From contig JBGPDL010000004.1 of NCBI GenBank assembly GCA_041482275.1, forward strand, positions 9,862 to 73,861: a stretch of 64,000 nt of DNA, given 5' to 3'. The notes beneath the pieces were generated by a model. It was given only the letters and a program-made list of their open reading frames with translations. It was not told the DNA's origin and ran no database searches. Source of the stretch: Gemmatimonadota bacterium (GTDB lineage Bacteria; Gemmatimonadota; Gemmatimonadetes; Gemmatimonadales; GWC2-71-9). Shown here one piece after another: positions 20,596 through 29,972 of this stretch; positions within the stretch are counted from its first letter, which is position 1; each line of letters begins with the position of its first letter. The translations under genes and the position numbers were made by a program.

Positions 20596-21411
20596 TCACG
20601 TCGGGAACGAGTGCTCCGGGCCCGGATAGCGCCCCTCCCGCACCTCGGCCGCGTACAGCGCGACGGCGTCGCGCACGTCCTGGGCGAGCGCGGCGTAGCG
20701 CTTCACGAACTTCGCCGTGAACCGGTCGTTCAAGCCGAGCATGTCGGGCAGTACCAGCACCTGACCGTCGCACGCGGGTCCCGCCCCGATGCCGATCGTG
20801 GGGATCGTAAGCGACTTGGTGATGTGCGACGCAAGTGGCGCCGGGACAAGCTCCAGGACGATCGCGAACGCGCCCGCCGCCTGGAGCGCGGTCGCTTCCG
20901 CCTTCAAACGTTCAGCCGTCCGCTCGTCCCGCCCCTGCACCCGATAGCCGCCGAGCGCGTGCACGGATTGCGGGGTCAGTCCGAGGTGTCCCATCACGGG
21001 GATCCCGACGTCGACCAACGCCCGGACCGTGTCGACCACCGGTTGACCGCCTTCGAGCTTCACGGCGTGGCAGCCGGTCTCTTGCATCACCCGCCCGGCG
21101 TTGCGGATCGCGTCCTGGGGCGAGATCTGGTAAGTGAGGAACGGCATGTCGCATACCACCATCGCGCGCTGGGCGCCGCGGCGCACGATCTTCGTGTGGT
21201 AGATCATCTGTTCCAGCGTGGCGGAGAGCGTCGTGTCGGCGCCCGCCAGGACTTGATTCACCGAATCGCCGACGAGCAGCACATCCACGCCCGCGGCGTC
21301 GAGCAGGCCTGCGAACAGGGCGTCGTAACACGTGAGCACGACGATACGCTCGCCCCGCTCTTTCATCTTCAGGAGGTGGTGGACGGTAACGGCGCGGGGC
21401 TCGTCAGGCAC
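20596..21411 (-). CDS. panB: 3-methyl-2-oxobutanoate hydroxymethyltransferase
   Basis: 271 aa. LTCYDALFAGLLDAAGVDVLLVGDS, VKLEGG and MGHLGLTPQS. Confidence 0.95.
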   Translation of the reverse strand: MPDEPRAVTVHHLLKMKERGERIVVLTCYDALFAGLLDAAGVDVLLVGDSVNQVLAGADTTLSATLEQMIYHTKIVRRGAQRAMVVCDMPFLTYQISPQDAIRNAGRVMQETGCHAVKLEGGQPVVDTVRALVDVGIPVMGHLGLTPQSVHALGGYRVQGRDERTAERLKAEATALQAAGAFAIVLELVPAPLASHITKSLTIPTIGIGAGPACDGQVLVLPDMLGLNDRFTAKFVKRYAALAQDVRDAVALYAAEVREGRYPGPEHSFPT

Positions 21412-21865
21412 GGCCGGGGTCGCCGAGCGGGAGAGGGAGAGGGAGAGGGAGGCCGTCGAGCTCAGCGATTTCCCGCAGCCAGAAGTCGCGGTGCGGCAGC
21501 TCGGGATGCGGGATGGTCAGATCCGGCGCACGCACGACCCGGTCGCCGTAGCGGACGATGTCCAGGTCCAGCGTGCGCGGGCCCCAGCGGAGCGCCCCGC
21601 GGCGTTCGCGGCCGCGCTCCGCTTCCATGGTATGGAGACGGGCGAGCAGGTCGGCGGGTTCGAGCGTGGTCTCGAGCAGCACCATCTGGTTCAGGTACGC
21701 GCCCTGCGGCACGGGCCCGAGCGGGGCCGTCTCCTCCACGCGAGACGCGAGGACGACCCGGGCCCCGGGCAGGGACGCCAGACATTGCCGCGCGAACGCG
21801 AGATGCGCCGCGCGATCCCCCAGGTTCGACCCTAGCGCCACGTACACCCGCTCCCCTTGGGCCAC
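21404..21865 (-). CDS. folK: 2-amino-4-hydroxy-6-hydroxymethyldihydropterin pyrophosphokinase
   Basis: 153 aa. VYVALGSNLGD, RWGPRTLDLDIV, IPHPELPHRDF. The C-terminal tail LPLPLPLPLG is encoded by a hexamer repeat. Confidence 0.9.
   Translation of the reverse strand: MAQGERVYVALGSNLGDRAAHLAFARQCLASLPGARVVLASRVEETAPLGPVPQGAYLNQMVLLETTLEPADLLARLHTMEAERGRERRGALRWGPRTLDLDIVRYGDRVVRAPDLTIPHPELPHRDFWLREIAELDGLPLPLPLPLGDPGRA
21428..21451. repeat. hexanucleotide tandem repeat (GGGAGA)x3 + GGGAGG
   Basis: Read directly. It lies in the folK 3' tail (encodes LPLPLPLP) just upstream of the panB start at 21411. Confidence 0.85.
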
Positions 21866-21883
21866 GGGGGAATGGTAAACGGG

Positions 21884-23965
21884 CTACGCGACGCTGGCAA
21901 AGCCGCGGGTCAGCTCCCGCAGCATCGCCGCCACGTCCTCCAGCTCCCGGGTGGCGCGCTCAAGCTCGGTGAGTCCCCGCGCCGCTTCGTCGGCACGCGT
22001 CGCGACATCGTCCGCTTCCGCGCGGTTCTTGCCCGCGATCCTCGCCACCGCGTGAATGCGATCGCGCAGCCTCCCGAACGCCTGGTCCTGCTCTCCCGCG
22101 GCCGACGCGATTCGTTGGGCGTGCGACGTCGCCTCGGCGGTCGCCGCGACGATCGCATCGAGCGCCTGCAGCGCCCCCGAGGAGAGCTCTTCCACACCGC
22201 CGACGTTGACCTGCCCACGGCGCATTTGCTCGACCACTTCGCCCACCTGCCGGTGGATGTCTTGGACCAGCTCGCCCGCCTCCTGGGCCGCGCTGGCGCT
22301 CTGCTCTGCTAGGCGGCGTACCTCGTCGGCCACCACGGCGAAGCCCTTGCCGTGCTTCCCTGCCCGCGCCGCTTCGATCGTCGCGTTCAGCGCCAGCAGG
22401 TTGGTCATGTCGGCGAGCTCGCGAATGGACGCGATGAATCCGGTGATGCGCCGGCTCACCTGGCCGAGCTGCTGCACCTTGCTGGACGTTTCCCCCACGA
22501 AGGTCTTGAGCGCCACCAGGCGCCCGATTGCGTCCCGGATCTGGTGGCGGTTCTTGTTCGCCACGTCGCTCGCCATGCTCGACGCGTGCGCCGCCTCGGT
22601 GCCGTCTTCCGACACCCGCCGCGATACCTGGGCGAGGCTCTCCGTGGCCTCGAGACCCCCCGAGACCTCCCCCTCCTCCTCCGCCACGCCCCGGCGGATC
22701 GTCCCGGTCGACTGGGCGACCGCGCCGGCCGCTTGGCGCAACGCCTCGGCGGCGCGCGCCAGCGTCCCGAGCTGTTGCGTGAGCGTCTCCACCGTCTCGA
22801 CCAGCGGCTGCCGCAGCTCGGTGATGTGGATGGCAGTGGCGAGCTGGTTGGCAAAGGTGTTGATCGTGAGCACGTCCTTCCCGCGGTACACCTTGCGCTT
22901 GTGGTGCTCGAGCTCGAGGGTCCCGATCACGTGGTCGCCGAACTTGAGCGGCACGATCACGAGGCTCTGCACGGCGAGCGGCGCGTCGGCGATGCGCTTG
23001 TCGCGAGTCACGTCGTGGATCACGACCGGCTCGCCCACCGTGGTGACGTGCTCTCGCAGCGCGGCGGTGTCGGAGCTGGGTTCGCCTCGCTCGGCGCGGC
23101 CGATCTGCCCCCGGTACGCGAGCTTCAGCACGCCCTCCTGCTTCCGGTAGATGCGAAAATCCCCCCAGTCCACCAGGCGGTGGGCCAACCGCTCGATCCG
23201 CGCGAACGAATCCTCGAGACTGATGTTGCTCGTGATGACGGCTTCCATCGCGTGGATCTTGTTGAGCTCCTCGGCAGCGATCGCTTCCTCGAGCGTGTGC
23301 TTGAAGAGCAGGCCCAGCGCGCCGAGCGCGGCGCCCACGAATACCCATGCCAGGGGCGGCCAGTAGGCCACGGTGCCGATGACGATCGCCGTGGCGATCA
23401 CCGTCGCGCCGTAGCCGATGCACTCGTAGCGGAGGATAAGGAGGCGCTCGTCCTGCTCGAGCTTGCCGCGAATGATCAGGGCGAAGTAGAACAGCAGCCG
23501 GCTGATGACGAAGTACGCGAGGCAATAGAAGAACAGGGCCGGCACGATGTCCACGTGCAGGCCCGGCACCGTCACCTCCGACACGCGCAGCGTGGCGGCG
23601 TATACCCCGTAGGCGCCCACCAGCGCAATGACTTCGCGCCCCAGATTCACCAGGGCCGCGCGGAACATCTTCTTCTGCCACAGCCAGTCGGCGCCGAGCA
23701 CGCCCGTCGCCACCGCGAGCGTCGTGGCCGGTACGCCGACGACCAGGCTGCCCGCGAGCGCCACGAGCGCCGTCTGCGTGAGATAGGAATACTTGCTCAG
23801 GGGCACTTGCGCCCCCCGCAGCAGCACCGATGCGAGCAGCAACCCCAACATCTCGGGCAGCTGCCTCGTCCACCGCGGGTCCGCAATGAGTATCGCCGCC
23901 AGCACCACCGGGCCGCCGATGGCGAGGGCGCGGCTGTAGATCGCGACCAGGCGGTTCGCCGTCAT
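21884..23965 (-). CDS. methyl-accepting chemotaxis protein with a polytopic (about 8 TM) N-terminal domain and a cytoplasmic GAF domain
   Basis: 693 aa. About 8 hydrophobic helices in the first 230 aa. GAF-like segment [18 protein letters not shown]...[22 protein letters not shown] signalling hairpin [45 protein letters not shown] overlap with the trpA stop. Confidence 0.85.
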   Translation of the reverse strand: MTANRLVAIYSRALAIGGPVVLAAILIADPRWTRQLPEMLGLLLASVLLRGAQVPLSKYSYLTQTALVALAGSLVVGVPATTLAVATGVLGADWLWQKKMFRAALVNLGREVIALVGAYGVYAATLRVSEVTVPGLHVDIVPALFFYCLAYFVISRLLFYFALIIRGKLEQDERLLILRYECIGYGATVIATAIVIGTVAYWPPLAWVFVGAALGALGLLFKHTLEEAIAAEELNKIHAMEAVITSNISLEDSFARIERLAHRLVDWGDFRIYRKQEGVLKLAYRGQIGRAERGEPSSDTAALREHVTTVGEPVVIHDVTRDKRIADAPLAVQSLVIVPLKFGDHVIGTLELEHHKRKVYRGKDVLTINTFANQLATAIHITELRQPLVETVETLTQQLGTLARAAEALRQAAGAVAQSTGTIRRGVAEEEGEVSGGLEATESLAQVSRRVSEDGTEAAHASSMASDVANKNRHQIRDAIGRLVALKTFVGETSSKVQQLGQVSRRITGFIASIRELADMTNLLALNATIEAARAGKHGKGFAVVADEVRRLAEQSASAAQEAGELVQDIHRQVGEVVEQMRRGQVNVGGVEELSSGALQALDAIVAATAEATSHAQRIASAAGEQDQAFGRLRDRIHAVARIAGKNRAEADDVATRADEAARGLTELERATRELEDVAAMLRELTRGFASVA

Positions 23966-24756
23966 GGCTGTCGCACCGCGGCCGCCAGCTCGCGGACCAG
24001 CCGCTCCGCGGCGTCGGGCCCGCCCGCGCCCAGCGCCTCCACGACGGCGCTGCCGACCACGACGCCATCGGCGAGCGCCGCCGTGGCGCGCGCCTGCGCC
24101 GGCGTGCTGATGCCGAATCCCACCGCCACGGGGAGCGGGCTCGCGGCGCGCACCCGCGCGACATACGCCGCCAGATCGGGGGGCACCTGATCCCGTGCCC
24201 CCGTGACCCCCAGCCGGGAGATGAGATAGAGGAAGCCGCTGGCTCCGCGTACCGCTCGCGCCAAGCGATCGGCCGTCGTGGTGGGCGCGATGAGCCGGAT
24301 CAGCGCCAGCGGGCTCGCCGCGACCGTCGCCTCCACGTCGGGATCCGCGCCCACGGGAAAATCGGTGAGCAGCAGCCCCGAAACGCCCGCTGCCGCGGCG
24401 GCGCGCAGGAAGCGTTCCAGCCCGAATGCCATCACCGGATTCAGGTAGGTCATCACGATCACCGGGATGGGGAGCGCCGCCCGGTGAATCTGCTCGAGCA
24501 CCCGGTGCACCGTCATGCCGCGGTCCAGCGCCGTCTGCGTGGAGCGCTGAATGGTGGGGCCGTCGGCGAGGGGATCGGAGAACGGCACACCGACCTCGAC
24601 GAAATCCGCGCCGGCGGCGGCCACGAGGCGCAGCGTCTCGAGCGACTGCGCCGCCGTGGGAAACCCCGCTGTCAGGTACGGAATGAGGGCGGGCCGCCGC
24701 GCGCCGGCGTCGCCCCGCAGGGCCCGCCAGCGCGCGGCGATCGGATGATCAGACAA
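23962..24756 (-). CDS. trpA: tryptophan synthase alpha chain
   Basis: 264 aa. [18 protein letters not shown] and [13 protein letters not shown]. Confidence 0.95.
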   Translation of the reverse strand: MSDHPIAARWRALRGDAGARRPALIPYLTAGFPTAAQSLETLRLVAAAGADFVEVGVPFSDPLADGPTIQRSTQTALDRGMTVHRVLEQIHRAALPIPVIVMTYLNPVMAFGLERFLRAAAAAGVSGLLLTDFPVGADPDVEATVAASPLALIRLIAPTTTADRLARAVRGASGFLYLISRLGVTGARDQVPPDLAAYVARVRAASPLPVAVGFGISTPAQARATAALADGVVVGSAVVEALGAGGPDAAERLVRELAAAVRQP

Positions 24757-26221
24757 AGTAGTCGCTGACGTTGACGCCGTACTTCGTGGGATCGGTCACC
24801 TTGACGATGGTGCGGGGATAGCTGCCCTGGGCATCCCGTTGGGCCAGGTCGGCGAGGAAGCCGGGGTGCTGCACGCCGCCGTCGGGCGTGGTCACGATGC
24901 GAACCACCGGCCGGTGCACGTGGGTGACGTCCGGGTTCGCGCTGTGGACGAGCGCCACCTCGTACGTGTCGAGGATGACGCATGTGCCCACGGGATAGAT
25001 GCCGATCAAGTTGATGAACGCCTTCACGACGATGTGGTCGTAGCCGCGCCGGGGGTTCTCCCACATTTCCTTCAGGACCTGGTCCGGCTGAATCGGGACC
25101 GTCTGGTACACGCGCCGGCTGGTGGCCGCGTCGAAGCCGTCCGCCACGGCCACGACCTTCGAGTAGATCGAGAGCTCGCGGGGCCGCAGCGACTTCGGAT
25201 ACCCGGTCAGGTCGGTCTTCATGTGGTGCTCATAGGCGACGATCATCCCGCGATAGGGGATCTCGCCGTACCCGCGCAGCCCGAACAGGGTCAGCACGCC
25301 GAGCCAGGGATGCGCCTGCATGATGCGCCATTCCTCGTCGCTGAGCCCGCCCTGCTTGTTCAGGACCTCGAGGGGCACGCGCGACTTGCCCACGTCGTGG
25401 AACAGCGCGGCGATGCCCAGATCGTACAGCTGCAGCTTGGTGAGCCCGAGCTTGCGACCGAGGGCGACCGAGAAGATGCAGACGTTCACGGAGTGCGTGA
25501 ACGTATACTCGTCGTAGTCGCGCAGCGTGGTGAGGCCCATCAGCGACGCCTCGTTGTTCAGCACCTGGTCCACGATCGCTTGCACGGCGCGCTTCACCTT
25601 CTTGACGTTGGCGGTCCGGCCCATACGGATGGAATTGATGACCTCCTTGGTCACCGCCACCGACCGGGCGTAGGTGCGCTTGGCCGCCTCCTTTTGCCGT
25701 TCCTCGTCCTCGGTCTCCTCGTCGGTCTCGAGCGGCGGCTCCACGCCGACGTGGGTCACGCCGCCGTCCGACAGCTTTTGACCCAACTCGAGCACCTTGT
25801 TGGGAGTCGCCTCCTTCGCGGCGTAGGCGAGGAGCAGCGATACGAACACCTGCAACTGCCGGCGGTCTACCCCCTCATCGATCCGCACGGCGCCGATCCC
25901 GCACTGGCGCAGCACGCCGAGGATGTGGGAGAACGAGGCGTAGTTGTCGAGGTCGAGCCGGAGCCGCGTGGAGTTGACGAAGATGAACTCGCCCTGCATG
26001 CGGACCTCGAGCTCCTTCTCGACGTCGAGCAGGTGTTTGGTGGTCTGGGCGAGATCGTCGAGCGCCTTTTGCACCTGGGCGTTCTCGAGCGGGTACAGCT
26101 TGACCGAGCGGAACGCCGTATACAGCACCACGAGGAAGTCGCGGCCCGCATGGCGCAGGAAGCCGTCTGTGGTCTGGACGGTCTCGGCGATCGACCCGCG
26201 AGGCGAGCCGCCGGCCGTCAC
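24749..26221 (-). CDS. HD-GYP domain phosphodiesterase with an N-terminal domain of about 220 aa of unknown function
   Basis: 490 aa with a GTG start in a GTGA overlap. HSVNVCIF...AALFHDVGK (HD) and YEHHMKTDLTGYP (GYP). Confidence 0.85.
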   Translation of the reverse strand: MTAGGSPRGSIAETVQTTDGFLRHAGRDFLVVLYTAFRSVKLYPLENAQVQKALDDLAQTTKHLLDVEKELEVRMQGEFIFVNSTRLRLDLDNYASFSHILGVLRQCGIGAVRIDEGVDRRQLQVFVSLLLAYAAKEATPNKVLELGQKLSDGGVTHVGVEPPLETDEETEDEERQKEAAKRTYARSVAVTKEVINSIRMGRTANVKKVKRAVQAIVDQVLNNEASLMGLTTLRDYDEYTFTHSVNVCIFSVALGRKLGLTKLQLYDLGIAALFHDVGKSRVPLEVLNKQGGLSDEEWRIMQAHPWLGVLTLFGLRGYGEIPYRGMIVAYEHHMKTDLTGYPKSLRPRELSIYSKVVAVADGFDAATSRRVYQTVPIQPDQVLKEMWENPRRGYDHIVVKAFINLIGIYPVGTCVILDTYEVALVHSANPDVTHVHRPVVRIVTTPDGGVQHPGFLADLAQRDAQGSYPRTIVKVTDPTKYGVNVSDYFV

Positions 26222-27894
26222 GGGCCCCCCTCGCGCAACGCCCGAGTGACCGCGTTGCGGACCAGCGGCTCTTTGTCCTGCGCCGCCCGCTCGAGCACGG
26301 CGCGCGCTTCCGACGTCCGGACCTTGCCGAGCGCCATCGCGGCGCAGGCCCGCGTCTCGGGATCCTCCTTCTTCCCGAGCAGGCCCTTTGCCACCAGCAT
26401 CTTCTCCAGCGTCGGGATGCCCTTCGCTCCCACGAGCGCGCCGAAGGCCTCGAAGAACACCATCTTTTCGGTGAGATCGGCGTTCCTGAGCTTCGAGCCA
26501 CCCACCATGGATTCCACGCGGGCCGCCGCGTTGCGATAGCCGCGTGCCGCGAGAAACCGCACCGCCGCGATCCGGACGTCGCGGTCCGCGTCATCGATGG
26601 CCTTCTCGAGCAGCCGCATGGCGGACGGGCTCGCAATGGCGGTCAGGGCCTCCACCACCGCGAGCTTGAGCCCGCGGTCCTCCGACGCGAGCAGCGGCTC
26701 CATTCCCTCCGGGGCTCCGGGGAGCTTCAGCCGGCCCGCGAGCTTCACCATTTCGAGCTGGGCGGTGGCATCGTCGCTGGCGAGCGTCTTCAGCACTTCC
26801 GCGGCGTTCGCCTGCGCCAGCCGCGCCGCCGCGCCCTGCACGAGATCCCGCACGTACGGGTCATGGAGCTTGGCGATCCACACCATCAACGTCGGGAGCG
26901 CCTCAGGTCGGAATTCCTGGAATAGCTCCGACAGGTCTTCCTCGGTGGGGTGGAGCGTGGATTCGTCGAGCGCCTGGAGCAGCTGCGACAGCGAGTCGCT
27001 CTGCGACAGCCGGGTGGGGAGGCCCTCCAAGGTTTGGCGATGCTCGGGAATCAGCTCGCGCGCCCGCTGCAGCACGGCGCGGGTCTCCCGCAGGATGAAG
27101 GCGACGGACCGGAAGTCGCCGGCGCCGAGCAGGTACGGGATGAAGTTCTCGACGATCGAGATGAGTTCGGCCCGCACCGTGCCGTAGGTCTGCAGCTCCA
27201 GCAGGTCGAACAACATCGCCAGCACGTTCCGGCGCAGGTCCTGCGAGTATTCCCGCTCGACGTCCTTCTTGAGGTAGTCGATTTCGGGGTCTTCGAGGAA
27301 GTACAGCGTCGTGTCGAAGTCCTCGATCGACACCAGCCCTTCGCGCTTGGGCGGCGCCTCGTCCTCTACCTGCTTCCGCACTTGCGTCGGCGCGGCGGAG
27401 GTGATGGTCTCGCCCGCTTCGATCGGCACCGCGTTCTCGGTGGCGAGCTCGCGGAAGGTGTAGTTGATCAGCTGGAAGTCCTGGGCCCAGAGGAGCGTCA
27501 GGAGATCGTCGGCCGCGTCGGCCTGCAGGCTGCGGGCCTGCTGCAACACGCCCAGGAAGCGCACGATCTCCGTTTCCTCGACGCCCGGCTTGAAGGCCAG
27601 CGAGCGGACGCCGTCCTTGTACAGCGTCCAGGCGATGCTCTCGTTGCGCTGGTCCTGGCTGTAGACGACGTTGTCTTCCCAGCGGAGGTCGATCTCGCCC
27701 ACGTCGAACACCAGGTCGTCGGTCGCCTGCCAGATCTGGCGGAATGCCGCCCGGATGTTGTCGACCGCGCGCTGGTAGACGGGATTGTTGGGGAGGTACA
27801 GCTGGGTTGCCCTGATGCCCTTGGAGAGGACCTGCATCAGCTCCTCGACCTGCTGCGGCGGCAGCGCCAGCTCCGGTACGGGCGCGTTGGTCAG
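26218..27894 (-). CDS. HEAT-repeat protein whose N-terminal domain is homologous to that of the adjacent HD-GYP protein
   Basis: The C-terminal 200 aa are HEAT/PBS-lyase-like repeats ([25 protein letters not shown]). The ORF-track start at 27984 lies 94 nt inside trpB and gives an Arg-rich shadow sequence. Realistic starts are the CTG at 27894 (CTGA overlap with the trpB stop) or the ATG at 27837. Confidence 0.65.
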   Translation of the reverse strand: MTNAPVPELALPPQQVEELMQVLSKGIRATQLYLPNNPVYQRAVDNIRAAFRQIWQATDDLVFDVGEIDLRWEDNVVYSQDQRNESIAWTLYKDGVRSLAFKPGVEETEIVRFLGVLQQARSLQADAADDLLTLLWAQDFQLINYTFRELATENAVPIEAGETITSAAPTQVRKQVEDEAPPKREGLVSIEDFDTTLYFLEDPEIDYLKKDVEREYSQDLRRNVLAMLFDLLELQTYGTVRAELISIVENFIPYLLGAGDFRSVAFILRETRAVLQRARELIPEHRQTLEGLPTRLSQSDSLSQLLQALDESTLHPTEEDLSELFQEFRPEALPTLMVWIAKLHDPYVRDLVQGAAARLAQANAAEVLKTLASDDATAQLEMVKLAGRLKLPGAPEGMEPLLASEDRGLKLAVVEALTAIASPSAMRLLEKAIDDADRDVRIAAVRFLAARGYRNAAARVESMVGGSKLRNADLTEKMVFFEAFGALVGAKGIPTLEKMLVAKGLLGKKEDPETRACAAMALGKVRTSEARAVLERAAQDKEPLVRNAVTRALREGGP

Positions 27895-29120
27895 AGGGTG
27901 GCTCCCGTCAGTTCGGCGACCATGGCGACGTCCTTGTCGCCACGGCCGCTCAGGTTGATCAGGACGATGTCGCCGGCCTGCCACTGCCCCGAGCGGGCCA
28001 ACACCCAGGCGACGGCGTGCGCGCTCTCGAGCGCCGGCAAGATGCCCTCGAGCCGGGACAGCGCCGCGAACGCTTCCAGGGCCTGCCGGTCGGTCACTGC
28101 CTCATACAATACGCGACCGGTGTCCTTCAGGTAAGCGTGTTCGGGCCCGACCCCCGGGTAATCGAGACCCGCCGAGACGCTGTGCGCCGGTTGCACCTGC
28201 CCGTCCGCGTCCTGCAGGAGGTAGCTCAAGCTGCCGTGGAAGACCCCGGGCCGCCCCCGCCCGAGCGACGCCGCGTGACGGCCGGTCTCGAGTCCCTCCC
28301 CGGCCGCTTCCACGCCGACGAGCCGCACGTCGCGGTCGTCCAGGAACGCCGTAAAGATCCCTATGGCGTTCGAGCCGCCACCCACGCACGCCACCACGGT
28401 GCCGGGCAACCGGCCCCAGCGCTCGAGCGCCTGGGCTCGCGCCTCGCGACCGATCACCGATTGAAAGTCCCGCACGATGCGCGGGAACGGGTCCGGCCCC
28501 ACCACGGACCCGATGATATAGTGCGTCGTCGTGACGTTGGTCACCCAGTCGCGCAGCGCTTCGTTGGTCGCGTCCTTCAGGGTCCGGGTGCCCGACGTCA
28601 CCGGCACGACGCGCGCGCCCATCAGCTCCATGCGGTACACGTTGAGCCGCTGGCGCCGCATGTCCTCCTCGCCCATGTACACGATGCACTCGAGTCCGAA
28701 GCGCGCGCACACCGTCGCCGTGGCCACCCCGTGCTGGCCGGCCCCCGTCTCGGCGATGATGCGCTGCTTGCCCATACGGCGCGCGAGCAGCACCTGGCCC
28801 AGCGTGTTGTTGATCTTGTGCGCACCGGTGTGGTTCAGGTCTTCGCGTTTCAGCGCCACGATCACGCCCGGTCCCACCTGGGCCGCGAGCCGCGGCGTCT
28901 CGGTGAGCGGCGTCGGCCGACCTACGTAGTCCTTGAGCAGCGCCTCCAGTTCGGCCCAGAAGCCCGCATCGTGCTTCGCCGCCTCGTGCACGCGGTCGAG
29001 CTCCTCCAGCGCCGCCATCAACGTCTCGGGAACGTAGCGACCGCCGTACGGTCCAAAGCGGCCCGGCACCCGCTCCTTCACTTCCGCATTGCGCATTCCG
29101 CGCTCCGCATGGTTGGTCAC
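27891..29120 (-). CDS. trpB: tryptophan synthase beta chain
   Basis: 409 aa. [13 protein letters not shown] and [11 protein letters not shown] (PLP lysine). GTGA overlap with trpC. Confidence 0.95.
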   Translation of the reverse strand: MTNHAERGMRNAEVKERVPGRFGPYGGRYVPETLMAALEELDRVHEAAKHDAGFWAELEALLKDYVGRPTPLTETPRLAAQVGPGVIVALKREDLNHTGAHKINNTLGQVLLARRMGKQRIIAETGAGQHGVATATVCARFGLECIVYMGEEDMRRQRLNVYRMELMGARVVPVTSGTRTLKDATNEALRDWVTNVTTTHYIIGSVVGPDPFPRIVRDFQSVIGREARAQALERWGRLPGTVVACVGGGSNAIGIFTAFLDDRDVRLVGVEAAGEGLETGRHAASLGRGRPGVFHGSLSYLLQDADGQVQPAHSVSAGLDYPGVGPEHAYLKDTGRVLYEAVTDRQALEAFAALSRLEGILPALESAHAVAWVLARSGQWQAGDIVLINLSGRGDKDVAMVAELTGATL

Positions 29121-29914
29121 CGGCGTCTTTCTTGCCTCGGGACGCCCGTCAGCCCCCGAACCGCCGCCGCCGGCTCCGCCGTGCGGGCCAGCGACGTCCC
29201 CACCAGCACCAGGTCCGCTCCCGCGGCAGCCAACCGCTCCACGTCCGCGCGCGTCTCAATGCCGCTCTCGGCGATCGCGGGTACGCTCGCCGGCACCTCC
29301 GCCACGAGCCGCTCGGCGCGCTCCAGGTCCACCGTGAACGTCGCGAGGTCGCGGCTGTTCACCCCCACGGCGGTCGGGCCCACGCCGAGCGCGACCTCGA
29401 GCTCGGCCGCGGAGTGCACCTCTACCAGGATTCCCAATCCCTGCCCCACTGCCGCCGCGGCCAGCGCCCGCAACCGGTCCGGCGCGAGCGCCCGCACGAT
29501 GAGCAACACCCCGCTCGCTCCCGCGGCGCGCGCTTCGTACAGCTGCAGCTCGTCCAGAATGAAGTCCTTGCGCAGCACCGGCACCGTCACGGCGCGCGCG
29601 ACGTGCGCCAGGTCGTCGAGCGAACCGCCGAAATGCACCTCGTCGGTGAGCACGGAGATGGCCACCGCTCCGCCGCGGGCATAGGCCTGCGCGTGCGCCA
29701 CCGGATCCAAGTCCGCGCGGATCGTTCCGGCGGACGGCGAGCGGCGCTTGACCTCGGCGATGACGCCTACCGTGCGGCCGGTGAGGGCGGGCGCGAAGGC
29801 AGGCGGCTCGGGCGCCGCGGCGGCACGCCGCTCCAGATCCCGGGCCTGCGCCCGCAACCCGGCCACGCGGTCGCGGGTCGCGGTGAGAATGGCGTCCAGG
29901 CTGATGATCGGCAC
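29117..29914 (-). CDS. trpC: indole-3-glycerol phosphate synthase
   Basis: ORF 29117..29983 trimmed to the in-frame GTG at 29914 ([10 protein letters not shown]...), because the longer version would overlap the lexA start. [13 protein letters not shown] and LRKDFI motifs. Confidence 0.85.
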   Translation of the reverse strand: MPIISLDAILTATRDRVAGLRAQARDLERRAAAAPEPPAFAPALTGRTVGVIAEVKRRSPSAGTIRADLDPVAHAQAYARGGAVAISVLTDEVHFGGSLDDLAHVARAVTVPVLRKDFILDELQLYEARAAGASGVLLIVRALAPDRLRALAAAAVGQGLGILVEVHSAAELEVALGVGPTAVGVNSRDLATFTVDLERAERLVAEVPASVPAIAESGIETRADVERLAAAGADLVLVGTSLARTAEPAAAVRGLTGVPRQERRR

Positions 29915-29916
29915 GC

Positions 29917-29944
29917 TTGCGTTCGGTCGATTTTCGGGTAAATT
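29917..29944 (+). promoter_or_regulatory. candidate sigma70-type promoter for lexA (TTGCGT-N16-TAAATT)
   Basis: Hexamers read at 29917-29922 and 29939-29944, 28 nt upstream of the GTG at 29973. GGGAGG Shine-Dalgarno at 29963-29968. This is the only AT-rich patch in the 58-bp divergent spacer. Confidence 0.35.
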
Positions 29945-29962
29945 ACGCTTCGGTTTCCGTTC
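29921..29962. promoter_or_regulatory. two imperfect GTTC-N7-GTTC-like direct repeats (candidate LexA boxes)
   Basis: GTTCggtcgatTTTC (29921-29935) and CTTCggtttccGTTC (29948-29962), overlapping the putative lexA promoter. Confidence 0.3.
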
Positions 29963-29972
29963 GGGAGGCAGC

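Noticed and set aside
21421-21451. GGGAGA repeats and the 4120-4149 heptamer repeats as a CRISPR-like array
   Set aside because: The units are 6-7 nt with no spacers. These are simple tandem repeats, not CRISPR.
21960-24190. 734-aa (-) and 612-aa (+) ORFs spanning the MCP and trpA region
   Set aside because: The Arg-rich low-complexity translations have no motifs. The alternative minus frame gives clean MCP and TrpA sequences.
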